Assembly (NCBI RefSeq): GCF_009914755.1
Contig: NC_060937.1
Length of the DNA: 64,000 nucleotides
Source: the human T2T-CHM13v2.0 reference genome, Homo sapiens
Strand: one strand, 5' to 3'
Part shown: in pieces, positions 1 through 13,600 of the stretch
Layout of the letters: every line of letters begins with the position of its first letter
Numbering within the stretch: the stretch's first letter is position 1
The notes under the pieces: model-generated
What the model was told of the DNA's origin: nothing
The model's database searches: none
The model's input: only the letters and a program-made list of their open reading frames with translations
Translations under genes and position numbers: made by a program

Positions 1-318
1 TCCCTGTCAATCAGACAGAAACGGTCCCTTGGGGCCCGGCCTCCTGGGTGCTGCCCGGGCGCTGCCATCCACCCCTCACCAGTGTGGGCCTCGCACCAGT
101 TTGGCTCAGTGAGGAGCACCGGCGAGAGGAGGCCGCTGTGCCTCCCAGGTTCTCCCGGTTCTGCAGCCCAGCCTTCACCTGTTCTCAGGCCACAGCCAAG
201 CTGCTGAATTCCTGGCATGTTTTGCTTGCTTCCACCTGGGACTGAAATTTTAAACACTTGACCTCCATCCTCCTTAAATTCACACATCATGCAACGTGTC
301 TTACAAGAAACCAACACA

Positions 319-823
<505 letters not shown>

Positions 824-1624
824 TTAAGCCATTGATTTAAAACAATGCTCAGAAAACGGTTGCAGAGACTCCGTGTTCCCTAAGTTACGATGAGTTTGTT
901 CCTGCCCGCAGAAGCCGCCTCGCCTCCGCAGTGCCACCTCTGCTGCCCCCAGCCACCGGCACAGCTGAGTCAAGGTACAACCGCCCAGCAACGCTTTCCA
1001 GCAGGGAACGTTGCCCTGAACAGCTCTGACTGTTGAGCGCACGTTAGAAGGCGCCACGCTAGCGCATTCCCCTGCGGTATTTGAAACGACTCCTGTTACA
1101 TTTGTTGGAGGAATGAGTCAGCAACCCTGAGAGCCTGTGACTCTCGCACCCTATACTGGCTCTGCCCTGTGGCCAGCTCCAAGGGCAGCAGGGAGATATT
1201 TTATATCAGCACGACCCCAAGGCTTGCCTCTGAGCAGCAGCAGCAGGAGCACCGGCCCACCCTAGGCAGAGCCAGGGTCTGTTCTGGCTCTGACACTTTA
1301 CAGCCATGTGGCCCGGGATCATCTTTCTCATTCCCAGTTTCCCTGTTTTTAGTAGAGGGGTGATAACGTCCACCCCCTTCACGAGCTTCTCCTAAGAAGC
1401 CCAGGAAATATGAATGGGAGCGAGGCTGTCACGGGTTGTGTAGTCCGATGGAGGCGGGGGTGATCCTTGACTTGACCCATAGCAGGTGTCCACTGAGTAT
1501 GTCCTGATCCAATCCGTGCCCTGCACTGCTGCTTCTCCCTACCACCATTTCTCTCCGTGTGCAAGGACAGGAGGCCACTCCAGCTTTCCCCTGTGAGGAA
1601 TTTTAGTAAACGTTCTCAGGGACA

Positions 1625-1755
1625 CCAGTCCACGGGGTCCGGATCCAAGTGCACTGTTATCCTCAAATCCAGTCCACAGGGTCCAGATCCGAGTGCGCTG
1701 TTATCCTCAAATCCAGTCCACGGGGTCCGGATCCGAGTGCGCTGTTATCCCCAAA
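1625..1755. repeat. 44-bp tandem repeat, 3 copies
   Basis: CCAGTCCACGGGGTCCGGATCC(A/G)AGTGC(A/G)CTGTTATCCTCAAAT units starting at 1625, 1669 and 1713. Confidence 0.9.
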
Positions 1756-2794
1756 CACTGTTGCAATCCCTTTCCTGGTTGAAGTCAGGTGGACTCTGTT
1801 ATACTAAGAAGTCTCTGTGTTTGTGCTGCTTTGGAAACGCCTTAGTTCATCCTAGCTTGGCCTCCCTGAGAGCATCGTCTGCACCATCCTCTCTGCAGAC
1901 CCCTCCTATTTCCCTGCAAAGCCCCTCCTCGGTAAGTTCCCGTCTGCTCTGCGCCCCTGCTCTCCCCACCGGGTCCCTCATTGCTTTGAAGGCTTCAGAC
2001 CAGCGTTGGTCTGCAGCCTCCTCTCTTAGTGGTGCTCTGGTCCCGTGAGGCTTACGGCACACACGCGTCCGTGAGAGAAATGCCGTTGGCCCAGAAGTTC
2101 ACTCTGGGGGCTCTAAAATTTGACTCCCAAGAGCTGAGAGATGGCTTGCAAAAGTCTGGTTTCAATAGTGAAGAGTTCAGGAAAACCAACCGCGATGAAT
2201 AATTGTCATTGCAAAGACAGAACACTGAGACGTGAAGTGAGTAAGAAGGGGTGAGACAGACACTCTCTGAAGTGGAGTTCACCATTGAAACACTTGTGTT
2301 AATAATAAATCAAAGCAGTTTTCATGGAATATTCTGTTGTTTTCCTAACAGTATTTACTGCCTGCTCACAGACCCACAGGCAGGGGATACTTTCTGAGTG
2401 TGGGAACAAGGTTGCCCCATAGAACCAGGGCCACCGTCTCAGCCCTCAGCCTGGATGCAGGAAGGGGCAGGGAGGACGTGGGCCCTGAGGCGCACAGGTC
2501 CCAGCTGGGCGGCATCTGTGGCATCTGGTTGTTCTTACCTGGGCCAGTGGCCTCCTTTCTAGTGGTGGCCTACCTGGTGGGGCCTACCTGGCGAGGCTCT
2601 GGCGGGTCGAGCTGAGACAGAACATGGTCTATGCCTCCAATGGTGCCTCTCGATCTCCACAGCCCCGCAAACAGCACTCCTTCCCTGTCCCTCGTCATTT
2701 CTGGGGGTGGAAACATCTCCAGATCCTAACAAAGCCCATTCCCTTCTGAACAGTTTCCGCTGAAGCTGAGGCAATTGCAGTACTTTTAGATGTA

Positions 2795-2960
2795 GGATTC
2801 TGAAATTCAACATGTAGACAAACTTAGGAGGTCAGGCCGTGGGAACCCTGAAATGTCATGCAATTTTATGCATATGTAAATTTTCTGGGGCAAAAATCCA
2901 AAGCTAGTACCTGATTCCTCAAGGAGCTTCTCAGACCCCCAAATGTTCAGAACATGCTTT
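2795..2960. mobile_element. Degraded hAT-Charlie MITE (family uncertain)
   Basis: CCCTGAAATGTCATGCAATTTTATGCATATGTAAATTTTCTGGGG...GATTCCTCAAGGAG...GACCCCCAAATGTTCAGAAC resembles recalled short hAT-Charlie MITE consensus. Confidence 0.45.
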
Positions 2961-3120
2961 GGTGGTCCAAGTCCTCTCTGAGATGAATACAGAGCAGGTC
3001 CACATGGAAGGTGTTCCATGAGTCCACGTGGCTCCAAACCTGGGATCCCGAGGTCTAGGGCAAAGCACTCTAGAGACAGGAGAGGTGGTGGTCAGAAAGG
3101 AGGAGACACCTGGGCTGATC

Positions 3121-3549
3121 TGTGTTGTTAATTCTGTGTGTCAACTTGGCCAAGCCCCAGTGTCCAGATATTGGATCAGATATCAGTTTGGATGTTGCTG
3201 TGAAGGTGTTTTTAGAGGAGATTAACCTCAAATCAGTGGACTTTGGGTAAAGCAGATGGCTTTCTGGAATGTGGGGGGTCTCATCCAATCTGTTAAAGGC
3301 CTTAAGAGCAAAAGACTGAGAACTCCCCGAGAAGGAGCTCGGCCTGCAGACAGACGCTGAGCTGCAGCATCGGCTCTTCCCTGGGTCCCCAGCCTGCCCC
3401 CTGCCCTGCAGACTGTGGACTTGCCAGCACTCATAGTCACGGTGAGCCAATTCCTTAACATAAACCTTGAGGTAGACAAACAAAGATGTAGCTCTATAGA
3501 GAGCAGATACAGGTCTATTGGTTGTGTTTCTTGGGAGAACTCTAATACA
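3121..3549 (+). mobile_element. MLT2 (MLT2C/D-like) ERVL solo LTR
   Basis: TG...GTTAATTCTGTGTGTCAACTTGGC start, CTCATCCAATCTGTTAAAGGCCTTAAGAG core, TATTGGTTGTGTTTCTTGGGAGAACTCTAATACA end. 5-bp TSD TGATC/TGGTC. Confidence 0.9.
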
Positions 3550-3564
3550 TGGTCTCGTTTTTCT

Positions 3565-3720
3565 TATTAATATTTATTTAGCTATTACTAAGCTCTAATT
3601 ATGTTACACACACTATTTAATTCTCAGAATAGCAGTATGAGGTGGGCCATGGCCCAAGAGGTATCCAGCAGGAAGTGGTGGCGGGGAAGAAATTTGAAAC
3701 GCCTCCCGTGCCTAGAGCCT
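3565..3720 (-). mobile_element. MIR fragment
   Basis: ATTTAATTCTCAGAATAGCAGTATGAGGTGGG...GCCCAAGAGGTATCCAGCAGGAAGTGGTGG...ATTTGAAAC matches the antisense MIR pattern. Confidence 0.55.
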
Positions 3721-6057
3721 CTGGTGGATTCTGGGGAAGGAAGAGGACGGGGTGAGTTTGAGCCTGTGTCTTCTTTCCTTGTGATCGCTAGCGTGTTGGG
3801 GAGTGGACCACTTGCCTGAACTTCTGTGCAGTGCTGGTTGTCTTCGTTAGGGTAGAATTTGGCCCTTTGGAAGCATCACTGCATCCACAGCTCCCACACT
3901 GGCAGCATGCACTCCCTTCTTAGCCCTTCCCTAGCTCCAGTTCAAGCTTTCTTGTCTACGCAGCCCCTTCCAAAAGTGAAGACGAGCGAGCTTGATCTAA
4001 CTCGGGGAGCCTCCAGGACCCCATCTCCTGGGTGACTCATGTCTGCCCCCGCTTTGGGAGGCTGCTCAGATTCCCTCCCACCTGGGCCCTGGCAGGAGGG
4101 AGTGCTTCCAGGAGAGCCTTGCGACCCCACCGGGCTTTGCTGGACACAGTGCATGGCAGCTCAGGCTTGTGAAAGGCTCAGATTTGACTTGGCATAAGCT
4201 CAGCCGTGCAATTATTCCCACCGGGACACTGAGTTCTCTTTCCCGGCCAAAGGACTTGGCAGAGCCCAAACCTCATGGGGAGGTGAGGGCACCTCGCTCT
4301 CCTCTTCTCTCAAGCAGATAGCTCCAGCACTCCTCACCCACATTGACCACACACTTGAGCCTGGCACTCCTGTCATCATCCAATTATGCCTGGAACAGCG
4401 TGGGGAGGAATGGAGCCACCGCAAAGGCAGGAGGGGAAGAGGGGACTCCCACCCCTGACCTCGCAGCTTTCTGGCGGGCAGCCACCCCTCCCGGACGTGC
4501 AGGGCCAGGCTCCCTCCCCGTTATTCTCAGCCATCATCTCAGAAACCCTGGGACAGTGAGAGCAGGGTTGGCAGCTGCAGTTGGCTTCAGGACTGTCCTC
4601 AGCTCTGGATTTGGCATTCCTGGGTGGCTTTGCAGGGCTGCGTACTTTATCTTGTCAGAGGAGGGACATGTGTGAGCAACACCATGAGGCTTAGATTTTC
4701 AAAGATGAGCAGCTCACACTCAAGTTGTCCCTGAATGCCAAGATCTGTAGGAGATGGCTGTGTGGCCCCTTCAGGAGAGAGGCCAGGAGCATAAAAGCAG
4801 GGGACATGGGGTGGAGTGGAGAGATGCCACCCAGGGAACTGGCAGTTGTTGGGAATGTCAAGTCTCTGTGGGCACCAGGCCTGGGGGTGGGTCTTTGCTA
4901 TGACGCCTTGCTTGATGCCGACAACCACCTTCCGACATGCTTCTCTTTGGTCACCAGAGAAAAAGTGTCATGAAAACTGGAGAGGTGCTAACAGTGGTCC
5001 AGCTTTCATCCTTCACCATCTGCCTGCAGCCCACGGCAACAGCCCTGTCTCTGACTTCTCCCAAAAACTTTTGCTCCAAATTGGTCTGCTTTGCCGAGTG
5101 GGGCATTGGCGCGCCCCGGTTCACAGCTTGGATCACAGGACCCCTTACACCCCCTTGCCTCCCGCCCCAGCCCTATCCCAGGAATGTTCTCTTCATCTTT
5201 TGAAACCTACACTTTGAGATGCTTCCAGCCTTCTCTGCCACTTGAGCTGCAAGCAGCTTATCTTCTCCCGTTCCCGTGGCAGGATGCTGTCGCTGTGCTC
5301 CTGTCCCAGGACGGTTGACAGTGTCTCTCGGGTCACCACCCCCCCGCCTGTATGATCGCTGAGGTTTATGACTGGATCTTATGTCTTTGCAGTGCTGGGC
5401 ACTGGCACGGCTGCTCATAGAAAGGTCCCAACAGACACTGCAATGGCGGGCAATAGAGGGATATGCATGGGTGGCCAGCCCCTGTGACGGCAGGACTGAG
5501 GCAGGGCCATACCTGCATGGCCAGCCCCTGTGACGGCATGAAGACCCCGGACCCCTGGGCTTCTCCCCTGTGATCAGTAGCTCCCCCGACACACTTTAGG
5601 AGTGGCTCCCCTCCACACAGCTGCATACTTTGGGAAAGAGGTTGGGTTTCGCATGAGAAATTCCTGTTTTCAAAAGGAATAGATTGGAAGCTGTGAGTGG
5701 ACACTGACCACAAGGAATTCCTTCCCTGGAAGTCACTCTCTCAGCAGGTAGCTTGGAACAGAGTGTGCTCTTAGGACAGGACGAGAAGCAGAGGGGCCCA
5801 GGTGTGTCTGCAGCGGCCAGAGTTGTTTGTGATTGACCTCACTCTGTGAATGTGGGGTACCCAGTGAGTAAGTCTCAATCCAACCTTCCAGTCCAGAGGG
5901 GTCATCCACAAATGTCTTCTGCAGGGAAACTCCACCTTGAAGGATACTGGCGAGCTCAAGCTTAGAATGATTGTCTGACATAGTTTAGGAAGATTCTGTC
6001 TCATCCTTTTTTCCATCCCATCAAATTTCTCCTGAAACATTTCTACCATCAGTGGTC

Positions 6058-6200
6058 TGTATTGGGTAGGGTTCTAACATCACAAATAACAGAAACCAAG
6101 TCCGGCTCATTTCAGCAGTTAGGGTTCTGATATTGCGGATAACAGAAGACGAATCCAGCTATTTAAGCAGAAAAGGATTTTTATTTGGACTGAATTAAAT
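6058..6200 (-). mobile_element. Old MaLR LTR end fragments (MLT1J/K/L-like), apparently duplicated
   Basis: Two similar segments, AGGGTTCT...AATAACAGAAACC and AGGGTTCT...GATAACAGAAGAC...TTAAGCAGAAAAGGATTTTTATT, typical of old MLT1 termini. Confidence 0.4.
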
Positions 6201-8917
6201 GGGAGAATCAAGAAGCGGGTTCTGAAAAAGGCAGCAGTCAGGGCAGCTCTGCAGCGACTCAGCACTCCGTGTGCTGCTGGGGAATGGAGAGGCTCCCACC
6301 CCTTCCTCACTGCTGGTGTTTCCATCTTGCATGCCCCGCTCAAAGCTCAAAGCCATGGAAACGGGTGTCTGACTGATGTGGCTTTGAAAAGTGTCCACCC
6401 TGACTTGGGGAGAGGCATCCCTTTGGTCACTGGGCCCTGGTTTTTGGGGACTCAGTGAGTCCGGAGCCCATGGTGTGGAAGATGGAGGAGCTTGGAAAAC
6501 CTGAGGTTCCAGTCTCAGGTTGCTGCATTTAGGGAGATGAAAGAGAGGAAGGGAAGATAATGAACTGCCCTCTGACATGTGAGGTTTGGGATGGGTCGTC
6601 AGGGTGGAGAAGCCAGTTAGCCATCAGCGGAGAGCACAGAGTGGGTTCAGGGCTGGGAGAGATGTGCGGGAATTGCAGGAGATGGGAGCTGCCGATGAGA
6701 AAATGGCTAAGGGCACACAGGAAAGTGGGCAGGGTGGGATAGGACGGCGTGGGGAACTCTGACTCTCAGCGATCGCTCAGATGAGGACAAACAGCTGGCA
6801 GTCAAGGCTGGAGGGTGCCCAGGAGGCAGGGGAGGTTGCTGGTGCCGCTGCTGAGCCCGCAGGCCAGCCTCTGCCAGGTACCCTCACCACTCTGGCCTCC
6901 CCTTATGCACAGCCTGTTCAGGGACCTTCCTGGACGTGGCCACTGTCAGTCCTTGGGCCTTGGCTGTAGCCTCTGTGGGAAATACTTATAGCAGGTTCCT
7001 TTGGTGGAAGCTCATGGAAATTTCTACCATTTTTTAAAAAAGTGAAATCTTAATTTTAGAGAAAAGTAAAGTCCCTCCCTCCCATAATGCTTTGGAATGG
7101 CAAGTTTTGAGAAGAGCCAACCCCAACTTTGACAACAAGACGTGCAAATGCTCCTTCCTTGCCCACTGCCCCCTGCTTTGATGGAGCACACGCTTCACAT
7201 CGACCCACACGCTACCCCCACAACGAAGCCATGCAGCCTGCTCCAAGGACAGGGAGGCCGAGGAGGAAGCACATTGCCTGGGGGCACGTGCAAGGTCGTC
7301 CTCGTGCAGGCTCCGAGCTCTGGGCTGGGACAGATGAGACCTGTCCATGCCGAGGCCTCCTTGGCACGTGGGCTCCACTGTCTCTGCTCCTTTCTTTTTC
7401 TGTGCTCCGTGGAAAGAAGATCATCGTGGCCCCACACCTCCCGGTGCCCCTGTACTTCCTCCTGGGCCACTCAGCAGAATTCTCGGGCCCTGTCCATGGC
7501 ATTTGGGTGGGGGCCTTGCCAGTCCTCCATGAGCCCAGAAGCTCCTGGTGCCTTCAGCCATCTTGGCATTGTCAGGGGAGATTTTTTTTTAATTAAAAGT
7601 CTGCCTTGGAGTATGTCAAGCACTCCTGTATTTTTGCCATTCTTCTTATCTCTATGGCAACGAAAATATCTCAACATTTACATGGACATCGTATTCTTTG
7701 CTAATGTACTATCTGAACCGTGTGTGTGCGGGGGACGCGAGCAGCAGCCGCCTGCTTCTGCCGGCTGGAGTTGCTTAAGTTGCCACGACAACCAAGGGCC
7801 CAACGATGTCCTCACAAGCAGCACTAAATGGAAGCTCTAAATTAATTCACCCGCCTGTGTTTTTGTAGCTTATGTTGTTAATTGAAATAATAGGGATGGC
7901 CTTGCCTATACGTTCAGAGCACCTGTCCTATGAAACGGCCTGCGGTGTTGACTTAAGCACACTCAGCCATCAGGCTGACCTCGCGTGAAATGGGGAAAGT
8001 GCAGAGACACTTATGTTGTGCCACTCCGTGTTGACTTGCAGTTATGGGGAAGCAACTTCCCTTCTGACAGGCTGGAAACACTGGCAATGTAATGTTTTAT
8101 TTTAAAACTTCACTTATGTCTGCCTTCTTCATCACGGCTCTGAATCGGAGCACCTCCACAGCTCTGTCAAATGCTCTTGCTTGGTTAACGAGGGCAGCAG
8201 CCTTCGGTGACCTGCCTGCATTTACCCAAACATCACGGAGGTGGCGCTGAGCGCGTGGGCCTGTGGGCCGCCTGGCTCTCCTTGCCCTCTGAAGCACGGG
8301 ATCAGGACATGCTCCAGCACCTACCTCGTAAGGGTATCGTGTGCCATCACCCCTGCCTTGCCAGTTTCTCTGCTTCCCAGGGCTCCCCTACAGGAACAAA
8401 TTATGAACTTGGAATCCTAGTTGATTTTCCCACCAAGATGAAAATCCTAGGAGTTAAGGACATGAAACTAGAGCTTTCTCATCCATCTAAATAAAGAAAC
8501 GGAAGCCCAGGTTTTTTGTGACACTCTGCTTCTGATGAAGGTCCTATTTGGGCCCATGGGTTAGATTACAAGGTTAAACACTTACACTTGGGAGGTTGGA
8601 GGGAGGAATGCAAGCATATATTTGCATGGTCCCATTTTAAAACCATCACCAGCTGTGGAAATTGGGTTAGCCTGGCCAGTGTCACCTGGAAGTGAGTTGG
8701 CAAGCACTGAGTCAAGCATGAGAGCTGGTCTCCAGCCACCTTCCGTGACATTCCCTTTTTCTTTAATTCTAGACATTCAGGAATGAGTCTAGAAAAAATG
8801 AAGCCATTTTTTGCCCATTAATGCCTTGGCAGATATTTATTTGCCAGACTGGGAAGTCAGTCGCAGGCTGTGAGGCAAGAGCCCGGGGCAGGCCCACACC
8901 CCAAGGGACAGGAGGAT

Positions 8918-9652
8918 GCAGAGACCTCAGGTGTGGGCTGGTCTAGCCTGGGACAGCTGCAGAGACCTGGGACATGGGCTGGTCTAGCCTGGGACAGCTA
9001 AAGAGACCTGGGGCATGGGCTGGTCTAGCCTGGGACAGCTGCAGAGACCTGGGGCATGGGCTGGTCTAGCCTGGGACAGCTGCAGAGACCTGGGACATGG
9101 GCTGGTCTAGCCTGGGACAGCTGCAGAGACCTCGGGCATGGGCTGGTCTAGCCTGGGACAGCTGCAGAGACCTCGGGCATGGGCTGGTCTAGCCTGGGAC
9201 AGCTGCAGAGACCCGGGGCATGGGCTGGTCTAGCCTGGGACAGCTGCAGAGACCTGGGGCATGGGCTGGTCTAGCCTGGAACAGCTGCAGAGACCCGGGG
9301 CATGGGCTGGTCTAGCCTGGAACAGCTGCAGAGACCTGGGACATGGGCTGGTCTAGCCTGGGACAGCTGCAGAGACCTCGGGCATGGGCTGGTCTAGCCT
9401 GGGACAGCTGCAGAGACCTGGGGCATGGGCTGGTCTAGCCTGGGACAGCTGCAGAGACCTGGGACATGGGCTGGTCTAGCCTGGGACAGCTGCAGAGACC
9501 TCGGGCATGGGCTGGTCTAGCCTGGGACAGCTGCAGAGACCTCGGGCATGGGCTGGTCTAGCCTGGGACAGCTGCAGAGACCCGGGGCATGGGCTGGTCT
9601 AGCCTGGGACAGCTGCAGAGACCTGGGGCATGGGCTGTCTAGCCTGGGACAG
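8918..9652. repeat. 41-bp minisatellite (VNTR), ~18 copies
   Basis: GTCTAGCCTGGGACAGCTGCAGAGACC(TGGGA/TGGGG/TCGGG/CGGGG)CATGGGCTG. GTCTAG recurs every 41 bp from 8941 to 9597, plus a final degenerate copy. Confidence 0.97.
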
Positions 9653-10051
9653 CATAAGCATGGGGCCCCTGCAGGCCCAATGAAGTCTCAGGCTTCAAAA
9701 GAGGAGGTAAAGGGAAAAAAGGCAGGAAGGACAAGAACTTATCAGGAGGCAAACTTCAAATGTTTCCCCTCTCTATTGTCATATGGGGTCAACTTTCACA
9801 TGTGGTGTAATTTCTTTTTTCTTTAGTCCTTTTATACAGTATGATCAAGAGTTGTGAATTTAATTTCTGTTATCCAGTGTCTATCGCTATAGAAAAAAAC
9901 AACAATAAGCAAACAAGCAAATACGCAGAACTCTTTACTTTATTTGGAGTAAAATTCTCATTTTCCTGGCTTTATTGAAAACACTGCTTCTAGAATGTAA
10001 AATGTGTACCACAAGAGTCAGATCCTGGGTAAGTTTATCAATAGTGGTTGT

Positions 10052-10651
10052 TATTGATGAAAAGAGCCAAACTCTGAAATGTTTAAGGAGATTTATTCTG
10101 AGCCAAATATGTATGACCATGGCCATGACCCAGCCCTCAGGGGATCCTGAGAACATATGTCCCAGGTGGTTGGGGTGCGGCTTGGTTTTATGTATTTTAG
10201 GGAGACATAAGACTTCAACCAAACACATTTACGAAAAATCAAATACATTGATTTCGTCCAGAAAGGCGGGATAACTCCAAGCGGGGGCTTCCAGCTTATA
10301 GGTAAATTTCAACGTTTTCTCATTGACAATTGACTGGGTTTATTTAAAGACCTGGCATCAAGAGAAAGGAATGTCTGGGTGAAGATAAAGGATGGTGGAG
10401 ACCCAAGTTCTTATTTGCAAAGGAGGCCTTCAGGTAGCAGACTTCAGAGGGAATCGGTTGTATAATGTTTCTTATCAGACCGAAAGTCTGCGTTGATGTT
10501 AATGGCAGAGAGGTAGAGTGAGGCATGTCTAACCCTCACTGCCCGTCATGGCCTGAACCAGTCTCTCGGGTTAAATTTTTAAAGAGCCCTTGTTGAGGAG
10601 GAAGTCCATTCTGATGGTTGGGGGGCCTTCATATTTCATTTTTGGTTTCCA
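10052..10651 (-). mobile_element. MER4-group ERV1 solo LTR (MER4B-like)
   Basis: Reverse complement starts TGGAAACCAAAAATGAAAT...GGCCCCCCAACCATCAGAATGGACTTCCTCCTC and ends GAGTTTGGCTCTTTTCATCAATA. Internal TTTATTCTGAGCCAAATATG and AGAAAGGAATGTCTGGGT motifs typical of MER4. Confidence 0.88.
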
Positions 10652-13600
10652 GTGTTAATGGTAATAATAACATGAGAGGCTGAAGGGGGAATAGAGAGGA
10701 TACAGGCTTTGGGGGCCAAAAGGCCAGACTTCCAAGTTCTCAACTTCCAGAGCTTTCTGCAGAGCTTTGATGCCCTGGGCTTCGAGTTCCTAACTCCAAG
10801 TCAGAGGGAAGCCACTCCCTCCTGGGCTGTGGGGAGGAACCGGATCTGAAGGGCACTGAGGAAAGAGCACCTCCTCCCTCTATGCAGAAAACAGGATTCC
10901 TCACTTGCAGCAAGCACCTAGCGAAGCTGAGCAAACCTGCCCTTCTGTCTCGGCTGCTCTGGCCCTGGAGGGCGGCTCAGCCCCACCTCAGGAGCAGCCC
11001 CGGCTGCTCCCAGAGTGGCTCCAGGCCTCCTGGGCACTGGTAATCACTCTAATGGTTTTCTGACTGCTGATTTTAAAGGCGTTACCAGGAAGGCTTTTAC
11101 AAGGATGACTTTTACTTTATAGCTGCAACACAATATGCACTGTACTGTCTTTTCATGCCTTCAGCTAAACACATCGCTGACCCAAGTAGGAGCCCAGTGC
11201 ACCCACAGCTGCCGAGCCTCAGGAACAGAGCTTGGCTTACTGCGGGGAGGGGCAATTCTAGTTCTGTGGAGGGTATGACTTTTTGTAGTTGGGTCTAGCT
11301 TTTTGTTATTGCTCGTAGAAAGCCAAATTATACTTTGTTTGAGGAGATAAGATTTCCACCCCAACTTAAAATGTTTTTTCCTTTTAAAAGAAATCATAAG
11401 TCATTGTGGCCATACATGCTTGATTTCAATTAAGTGACAATTTTAGGCAGATTTGCTGCCAGAAATAATTGGGCAGTAAAAGAAAAACAACAGGTATCGT
11501 GTATAACTGTTGCTCATACTCATAGTTATCATTGACACGTAAAGGTGGCATTCCCCAATTGTCCTCCAAAAATACTTAAAAAGTTTTCCAATGTTTGAGT
11601 ATCTGCACTTGGCTAGTTTTAAAGTAAGCGTATATCACTAAGCATACATTTGAATATCCACACCAAATACTTCCCTTTTACACAGATTTGTGCAGTTTAA
11701 ATAAGAAAAAGGCTGGTGGAGATTGGGTGATACTCTGGAATCCAGAGGATTTTTACTGTTTGAGAAAATACAATCATCAGACCCTTGGCTGAATGATATC
11801 AAATCAGGAACTGGGTTGTGAATTGAAAATTAATTTGGGAGCATTTCTAAGTAAATAATCGGGAACTTGGAGAAATTAGAGCAGATGCATCCCACAGAAG
11901 TACAGACCTCAGCTCTTCACTGATCAGTGAGTCCAGCCGCAGTTACTGTGGCTTCTTCCGGCCCAGCGTCCGGCACATAATCACCGGGATCTGTGCGTTC
12001 ATGGGTGCGAGGGCCCTCCAGCCGAATTTCTGGTGATAAGTGATGAATCATGAGAAACAGCAACGGAAGTTTAGGCTTCAAATCAGTCTTATTTCATTTT
12101 TCTTCTTGAATTTACTAGTTCATTATTGCCTTATAGTGATTTTTCCCATACCTTTGTATATTTAATTTCCTTTTTAATAGACAAACTGTCATGGGAGGTT
12201 ACACAAAGCATTATTGTTCAAAGGAATGTTTATATCACTCAGATAAATATCATAGTGCATTATGGATTGGGAGTGTATTTATTTCATATACAACAGAAAA
12301 ATGACTGTGTATTATCAAGTAAATACATGCTATATTTAAATAATGTGATAGCAATCACCAATCGCCGAGTTTTTCCTTGGTGTTCTGAAATTAGAATATA
12401 CAGAAAGGCAAATTAATATTTAAACTCTCTGTATAGTTTTGAGGATCCATAATATGCATAACAAAGAGAGATGACTTTGGGCCATGCGGGGTACGATGGT
12501 ATCGTGAATGGATTGACTACAGGGGGCCTGCAGAAGTCACACGCACTCAGGGGCCTGAAGAACTGGGGTAATACCTTGAGCACTAAGATAATTCCATTAT
12601 TATTGAAAGCGTTTATTGCCTGTGGTTCCTCTGTGGGCACCGTATAAAGTACTTGAAACAAAACAATTTGTGATCTTTATGTGCTTTGAAACCCAGGCTA
12701 CAGATAGAACAAACAGGCTGAGGTGAACTGTGTAATTGTTAGGCACACATAAAACATGTGTGTTATTTTATGCAAGTCAAGGGTGGTCACTGAAAAGGGA
12801 GGTAAGACATAGGAGTGAAAAGTTTCTACGAGGCGACGTCTCTCAGTGTGGGAGGTGTGCGGCACTGACTTGGGGATCGGTCAGAGCTGCTTTCAGACAA
12901 ATGGCCCGTCCAGGACAAACCTCCCGCATCTCTAGCTGTTTAACTCATTTCATTTGGTTTTCTACCCTCTGTTTAATCCAGCACAATTTCCTATCTACCC
13001 CTGGATGAGTTAAAAGTAAAACACTCAAGTTCAAATCTGCCCTAAAATCCTCGGAAGGATGATGAATTTAGTCAAAGATGCCCCGCTATGAGAAATTCAG
13101 CCATGAGACATTCACCGCGACGCCTTTCAGCTACTGAAAGAACCTACAGATTTGTCCTTCTCTTTTCCATTCCTTAGCGAATTAAAAAGAAAAAACAAAA
13201 ACAAAAAACAAATGAAGAAGCAACTGGTACGAGCAGATTTGGTGCAAGAGAACCAATCGCAGGAGCCGCCCAAGCTCACTTAGGAAAAGAGCTGAGCGAC
13301 AGCAGCTGCACCCAGAAGGTGGAGACCGCATGCAAACCCAGGATCCCAGGCAGCACAAGGCTAGAGACCCTGCAAGCAGCCATGGCTGTGCGTTCATGCA
13401 GAGCGTCATCACAGCCAACACGGTCTTCCTCCTGGTTAACCAAGATCCCGTTTCAGCCATTCTGGAATTGCAGGGCTGGCCAGAACTTTAGGAACAATAC
13501 ATACAATGCCTTCATTTTGTGAGTAACTGGTGTCCTGAAGAGGTGACACCCCTTGCTCAGGACGACTGTAAGAGAGGTCATGGCCGAATGGGGACCCCTC

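Noticed and set aside
7142-7840. 232-aa ORF
   Set aside because: Non-ATG start, no domain similarity, overlapping ORFs on both strands.
8918-9652. CRISPR-like array
   Set aside because: Head-to-tail units with no unique spacers, no cas genes, primate context. It is a minisatellite.
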